NCBI RefSeq assembly: GCF_006345805.1
Contig: NW_021834743.1
Coordinates: forward strand, 1-26,890
Length of the DNA stretch: 26,890 nt
Direction of reading: 5' to 3'
DNA from: Octopus sinensis
Lineage: Eukaryota
The notes beneath the pieces were generated by a model that searched no databases, was not told the DNA's origin, and was given only the letters and a program-made list of their open reading frames with translations. Of the stretch, positions 21,321 through 26,890 are shown piece after piece; positions within the stretch are counted from its first letter, which is position 1; each line of letters starts with the position of its first letter. Both the position numbers and the translations under genes were made by a program.

Positions 21321-21599
21321 AATATATGTATGCATGAATATATATATGTACGTATATATATATGCATGAATATATATATATATATATATATATAAACTTA
21401 AACATATCAAAGGGAAATGGAAAATTAATTAAAATTTTCACTTCCAGTGGCCTAACGTGTAAACATTTTTTCATTTCGTTCGTGTAAACATTTTTTCATT
21501 TCGGCGGCACAACATATCTATTGCATGGTTTTCTGATTATAAGGCCATTTCAAGTTCTTCCGTCCCAATATCTACCACAGCAATGATTATTATTTGAAA

Positions 21600-22060
21600 A
21601 TCTTTTATTTACGCCTCGTAATGATAACCTTAATTTGGACTGCCAACACCACATTTCAAAAACCTTTAGTCTGCATGTGTATGCAAATTTTAGAGTCCGC
21701 CTTTCCGAAGCGTATGTTGCAATTAGAAAACTAAAATCTAATTTTGAACAGGTGCTGACATCCTATTCACTCTCGATGGTATTTCATAATCTTTCAAGCG
21801 TTCTAGATGTTATCGTGCCACACCTTTTCAGGGCATCTGGTCTAATCTATTTGCTATTATACTGTTGAGAAAGAAGCTTTTTCCCGTCTTCTTCAGAACT
21901 ATTCAGTGTATAGTTTCTTCACAAGGAACCTGCCTGCTCCAGATTGTGTTTCATAGGCTTTCAAACGCTCCTCTAGATTCTACCGCAACTTTCATTTTGT
22001 GGGCCTTTGATCTATCTGATACTATACTGTCCCAGCAACAACAAGTTTTGTGATATCTTC
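21600..22060 (-). mobile_element. Heavily decayed RTE/BovB-like LINE fragment (RT C-terminal region)
   Basis: Minus strand reads LDFSFLIATYASERRTLKFAYTCRLKVFEMWCWQSKLRLS (YxxE.W...FE.WCWR motif of RTE/BovB ORFs). Upstream, MKVAVESRG resembles MKVKEES. There are multiple stops. Confidence 0.65.
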
Positions 22061-22227
22061 ATCAGAATCATTTAGTGTAATCGTTTCTTCTCTTGGATCA
22101 TGCCTACACTAGATCGTATTTCTCAACAATCAACCAAACACTCCAGGTGCTAGTCAGATCTGCATTTTCAGGCCTTCTCATCTATTTAGCACTGTACTGC
22201 CGAAGAACACAAACATTGTGAAGTGGT

Positions 22228-22305
22228 CTTCTTCTTCTTCTTCTTCTTCTTCTTCTTCTTCTTCTTCTTCTTCTTCTTCTTCTCTTCTTCTTCTTCTTCT
22301 CTTCT
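22228..22305. repeat. (CTT)n microsatellite
   Basis: Direct inspection. Confidence 0.97.
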
Positions 22306-22349
22306 TGGTAATATCAGGATATATGGCATTTATAAAATAGCTATAATGT

Positions 22350-22655
22350 AATGACCTCAGTACTTATTTTTCTTTCCAAGTCTCGTACTTATTCTATCGA
22401 TCGCTTTGCCGAACCGCTAAGTTATAGGGACGTAGACAAACTAACGCTAGTTCTTTGACGGCAATGGTAGTGCTACAAACACAAAGACACACAAACTCAT
22501 ATATATATGTTCTTTTATTCTTTTACTTGTTTCAGTCATTTGACTGCGGCCATGCTGGAGCACCGCCTTTAGTCGAAGAAATCGACCCCAGGACTTACTC
22601 TTTGTAAGCATAGTACTTATTCTATCGGAGCCTTCCGCTGTACCGCTAAGTTACG
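22350..22655 (-). mobile_element. Two tandem 3'-half fragments of SINE family 'A'
   Basis: GTACTTATTCTATCG...CCG(A/T)ACCGCTAAGTT occurs twice (about 22385 and 22613). The second is preceded by the CTTTTACTTGTTTCAGTCATTTGACTGCGGCCATGCTGGAG tail. Confidence 0.85.
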
Positions 22656-22774
22656 GGTCATGGGTTAATAGAATTTTGGGATCTGACGATATACCATGAA
22701 GCTAAACCCTTTATAGACGGGAAACCTAAGGTAATCCCATAAACCGGTCTTCCCCGTTTTTAATATATATCTGC

Positions 22775-24044
22775 TTCAAAACAAAACACATTCTCATTCC
22801 TACAATTTGACATCAACAGCTACTACGCCTCCATATCACCAATCCTCCTTAAAGACGCCCTGACACTAGCTAAAAGCCTAACCAACATAACCACCTTAGA
22901 AATGGATGTAATTCTATCTTCCAGATAGACTCTCATATCCTTCGATAATAAGCTTTGATCCTGTGCTAACCTCAATACTAATAGAATCAACTTCTTTGAT
23001 ATAACCATGGGCTCATCCGACTCCGCTCAGGTCACGGACCAAGTCGGACTGCACCTCCTTCATCAGCTTCGTACACAATTTCCGCACATCAAAGGAGGTT
23101 TACATTGAGATGATGCATAATTAATTGCAACAGGTTTAACAAAATCTGCATTAGAAAAAACTAGAAAACTCTTACATAAATTTTCTGCCAACTTTATCTT
23201 ATCTATCTCTTTTGAAAACTCTTACAAAAATTCTTCGCCAACTTTAACCTATCTATCTCTTTTGAAATTTCTTACAAGACAGCAAACTTTCTAGATGTTA
23301 CATTGGATTTAAACTCTTCACTTTACTTCCCATATCATAAACCCAATCAGTGCATTAAGTACATCAACACAGCATCTAACCACCCTAAAACTACTTTCGA
23401 GAATATAATCAAAGGCATATCCATCAGAATATCCGATCTCTCCGCCACCGAGGAAATCTTCAATAATTACGCCACTTACTGCAACCAATCTTATAAATCT
23501 CCAGAAAATTAGATTTATAATCAACACTAGATCTAAGGAATACCTCTCTAAACTTAACCCTAGACGAGAGAACCCGCATATTGGATAGCCAAATCTTCCC
23601 ACTATAATTAGGCAACCTCACCCGCCTAGCACCCACACACATAATACTCGATCTAAGAATACTAACACCAAACCCTCCAACTCTCTTCTAACATGCACAA
23701 GGAATTACACCTCCCTAAATTTGCCTAATAAAAGCAGTGAGAGATCTATTCTCTGGAACACACCTCCATTCCCTTTAAACCTCAAGGATTTCGCTAAAGC
23801 ATTCTTCAAAACAGTAGACCCTAATTTCCCACGTAACCACAAATATCATTCTATCTTTAACAAATCCACTTTGAAATTATCCTATTCATCTACACCAAAT
23901 ATAGAATCTATTATCACCTCATCTAACAAACGTAAACTTAGCTTTTACTATCTAAATGCTTACAACCCTACCATAGACCTACACAACGAAAACACAAATA
24001 CTGCTCGCATTAACATATCCAACACCCCAGGCCCTAACATTTAA
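22775..24044 (+). mobile_element. Decayed Penelope-like retroelement RT/thumb region (Naiad/Chlamys-like)
   Basis: In-frame FLQFDINSYYASIS...FDITMGSSDSAQVTDQVGLHLL...GGLH*DD (for GLYRDD), then NFLDVTLDL...PYHKPN...YINTASNHP...IRISDLS and ILWNTPPF...HKYHSIFNKSTLKLSYSSTPNIESII. Stops at 22926, 22956, 23106 and 23118. A 50-bp tandem duplication causes a frameshift. No GIY-YIG domain was seen. Confidence 0.88.
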
Positions 24045-24119
24045 ACATAGATAATACATAATCGCTGCCTCGGAGGAAAATGGGCGCACAGTTGAATCCT
24101 ACGGTAGTACCAATAGGAA

Positions 24120-24342
24120 TAATGATACTAACAATATTAACTATATTATAACCACTATAATTACTAATACCTCTACTACAACCAATAATAATACTAGCGA
24201 TAATACTAGTACTACCGCGAATGGCGATATTACCATTACCGAAAATAATACTATTACTAACACTCTTACCACAAATGATACTGCTAATAGTTGCAATAAT
24301 ACCACCACCACCACCACCACCACCACCACCCCGCCGCCGTCG

Positions 24343-24404
<62 letters not shown>

Positions 24405-24408
24405 TCTG

Positions 24409-24483
<75 letters not shown>

Positions 24484-24505
24484 TAATAATAATAATAATA
24501 TAATA
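24120..24505. repeat. Compound (AAT)/(ACT)/(ACC)/(CTG) trinucleotide tract
   Basis: Direct inspection. Confidence 0.92.
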
Positions 24506-24683
24506 TGGATCTAGTCTTTTTCATTCGCAAAATGAACCCTCTTTAATCTTTCTCAGGTTGCCTTCAATTTGGGTGTATCGATGTAACTCTGAATTTCGAT
24601 TACGATCAATCAATTACTTTAATCTCGTAAATTAAAGAATCTGATGTTATTTGGAATCGAAGTTGGGAAATTTGGATAATTTT

Positions 24684-24786
24684 AGCCAATCAACAGACAG
24701 CGAGGCATTGACAACTTGTTACCATGACAACTGCACGTTGTGTTGTGTTTCACCGGCAGGTTGTGTTGATACTCCGCACCACGTGA
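24684..24786. promoter_or_regulatory. Candidate cis-regulatory module: CCAAT box, RFX X-box-like site and E-box
   Basis: AGCCAATCA 24684-24692, GTTACCATGACAAC 24718-24731 and CACGTG 24780-24785, in non-repetitive sequence. Motif match only. Confidence 0.35.
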
Positions 24787-25472
24787 TTTACTCCACCCGC
24801 GTGTTTTGTTTTAATAAAAATTTATATTTACCAATTAGAATTCTATTATAGATACTTTTCGTCAATTGTCTTAATATTTTACATATATAGCAAAAGATGT
24901 TTGCGATGTTTAAACAGTTTCTTGACATTATGAAGGTGAATGGAATATACGAACTTAGTACACAACCACACACCTACACTTCAAAGCACAGTACTGACAA
25001 AGCATCAGTGACTGACTCATCGACTCAGTATTGCCAAGCTTCAGGGACTCATTGACTCAGATGGCTGGATTTATGATTTCACTAGGTTAATTCTATGCAT
25101 AAAAATTTAAATTAGGAGTATTTCTTAAACCGTTGGCTTCACATTTCAACAGCTTAACTAAAATTTAGCCCGCGTAACAGGAACTGAGAGGGATATCGTG
25201 GAACAGAGAAACTGTGGGTGATACAGATGATTTGACATTACTTTTGAATTCCGAAAGAAAAAAAAAACATATGACATATGTATTCTTTTCCTTCGAACAA
25301 ATTCCTTGTTGACCAGTGTTATTCTTATCGTAGTTTACAATCCAAGCATGAAAACGTTACTCAACTTTGGATTTTTGGAGACAGACACCCCTCTTCACAC
25401 ACACTCACTCATTGCATAATAGCAACGATATATATATATATATATATAGATATATAATATATATATATATAT

Positions 25473-25523
<51 letters not shown>

Positions 25524-25525
25524 TA

Positions 25526-25567
<42 letters not shown>

Positions 25568-25569
25568 GT

Positions 25570-25762
25570 CGCATCGGACCAAATGCTTCGTGACATTTAT
25601 TCTGTCTTTACGTTCTAAGTTCAAAATCCACCACCACACCAGCTTTGTCTTTCATTCTTTCGGGGTCGATAAAATAAGTACCAGTTGAACACTGGGGTTG
25701 ATGTGATTGATGTAATCTCCTTCTCCACAAATATCAAGTCTTGTGCCTATAGTAGAAAGGAT
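25570..25762 (+). mobile_element. Old SINE family 'C' copy with the alternative tail
   Basis: CAAATGCTTCGTGAC...TTACGTTCTAAGTTCAAAATCC...TTTCGGGGTCGATAAAATAAGTACCAG...CTTGTGCCTATAGTAGAAAGGAT. Confidence 0.8.
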
Positions 25763-26139
25763 ATATACATGTATGTTTATGAGTATGTTGTATGCATATG
25801 TATAACTATATATTATATATAAATCATACATATATGTATGTAAATATATATGTAAATATATATGTACATATATGTTTGCCACGACAGACAAACTGGATGT
25901 TCTTGAAGCCGAGGATTTTGAACTTACAAAGATAATATTTAAATATAGCTTGAGAAAACACAACTAAATCTCATAAGGTAGGGAAACAGTTGCATATTCA
26001 AGTACCGGCACGCCTGGAGAACTACATTGCGTGGAAACAATTGTAGGGGTTAAAAAATAAATGTCCAGCTATACTCCTACTGTTGACTCCATGTTCTCAA
26101 TTATACGCACACACAATATAAATATAAATATAAATATAA

Positions 26140-26170
<31 letters not shown>

Positions 26171-26315
26171 TAGTATATATATTATATATATATATGTATG
26201 TATATATGTATGTATGTATATAATATAACGTAAATATATGTAAAGAGCCACACACGCCCATATCCTGAAGAGCGATGGGTTCCACTTGAATGAAAATGCA
26301 TAACACAAGCTGTAT

Positions 26316-26329
26316 GTTACCACGGCAAC
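26316..26329. promoter_or_regulatory. RFX X-box-like palindrome
   Basis: GTTACCACGGCAAC fits GTNRCC-N(0-3)-RGYAAC. It could instead be a transposon end (GGCAACCCTA). Confidence 0.3.
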
Positions 26330-26384
26330 CCTACGACTCCCACAGGAGTTGGTGACCTAATCGAGCAAAAGAACCCCACCTCCG

Positions 26385-26530
26385 CGCACACACAACACAC
26401 GCGCACACACAACACACGCACGCACACATACACACACCAACGTCACACACAAACACGCGTATATACATATACATACGTTCCTTACACAGACAAACGCATA
26501 CACACACACATATATATATATAATACACAG

Positions 26531-26603
<73 letters not shown>

Positions 26604-26740
26604 TATATATAAAATTAGAAAAAAAACACCTTTTATCAATTCAAAATGAACAATTAAATTACACCATCTAAATTGAATTTTTTCCTTGTAAGTTTGGATT
26701 TTATTCCCTCAAATACATATATATATATATATATATAATA

Positions 26741-26776
<36 letters not shown>

Positions 26777-26890
26777 CACGCAGGCATACACTCATGCACA
26801 CACATACCACGCACATATATACATACCCATTCATACACACATATGTACATACACACTCAAACACACACACACACAAATACACGTATAGTA
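26385..26890. repeat. (CA)n/(TA)n microsatellite tracts interrupted by an AT-rich spacer
   Basis: Direct inspection. Confidence 0.85.

Noticed and set aside
21456-21503. 23-bp tandem duplication CGTGTAAACATTTTTTCATTTCG
   Set aside because: Real, but an ordinary slippage duplication at the edge of a decayed LINE.
22956-23108. In-frame TGA codons in the Penelope-like RT as selenocysteine
   Set aside because: They fall at expected Trp (TGG>TGA) and Arg (CGA>TGA in YRDD) positions and co-occur with TAG/TAA stops and a frameshift, which indicates ordinary decay.

Overview
AT-rich, microsatellite-saturated animal genomic DNA with no recognisable intact host gene. The tRNA-derived SINE families and repeat landscape resemble those of Octopus (coleoid cephalopod); this is recognition from memory, not a database result. 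It is most likely a large intron or intergenic region. Most ORFs in the track are translated microsatellites or SINE antisense frames. Supported content: (i) four tRNA-headed SINE families in about 20 copies or fragments, several with target-site duplications (TSDs), one as a 184-bp tandem array and one self-nested with a fold-back; (ii) a 5'-truncated, stop-free RTE LINE 3' end whose ORF finishes in three C2H2 zinc fingers; (iii) an older decayed RTE fragment; (iv) two internally deleted mariner elements; (v) a 396-bp non-autonomous Helitron with canonical termini; (vi) a decayed Penelope-like RT resembling the Naiad/Chlamys group. Weaker candidates are a signal-peptide-like first exon and a few regulatory motif clusters. 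I did not find a convincing new multi-gene system. The most unusual signals are the triple-finger RTE tail and the self-targeting, array-forming behaviour of one SINE family.
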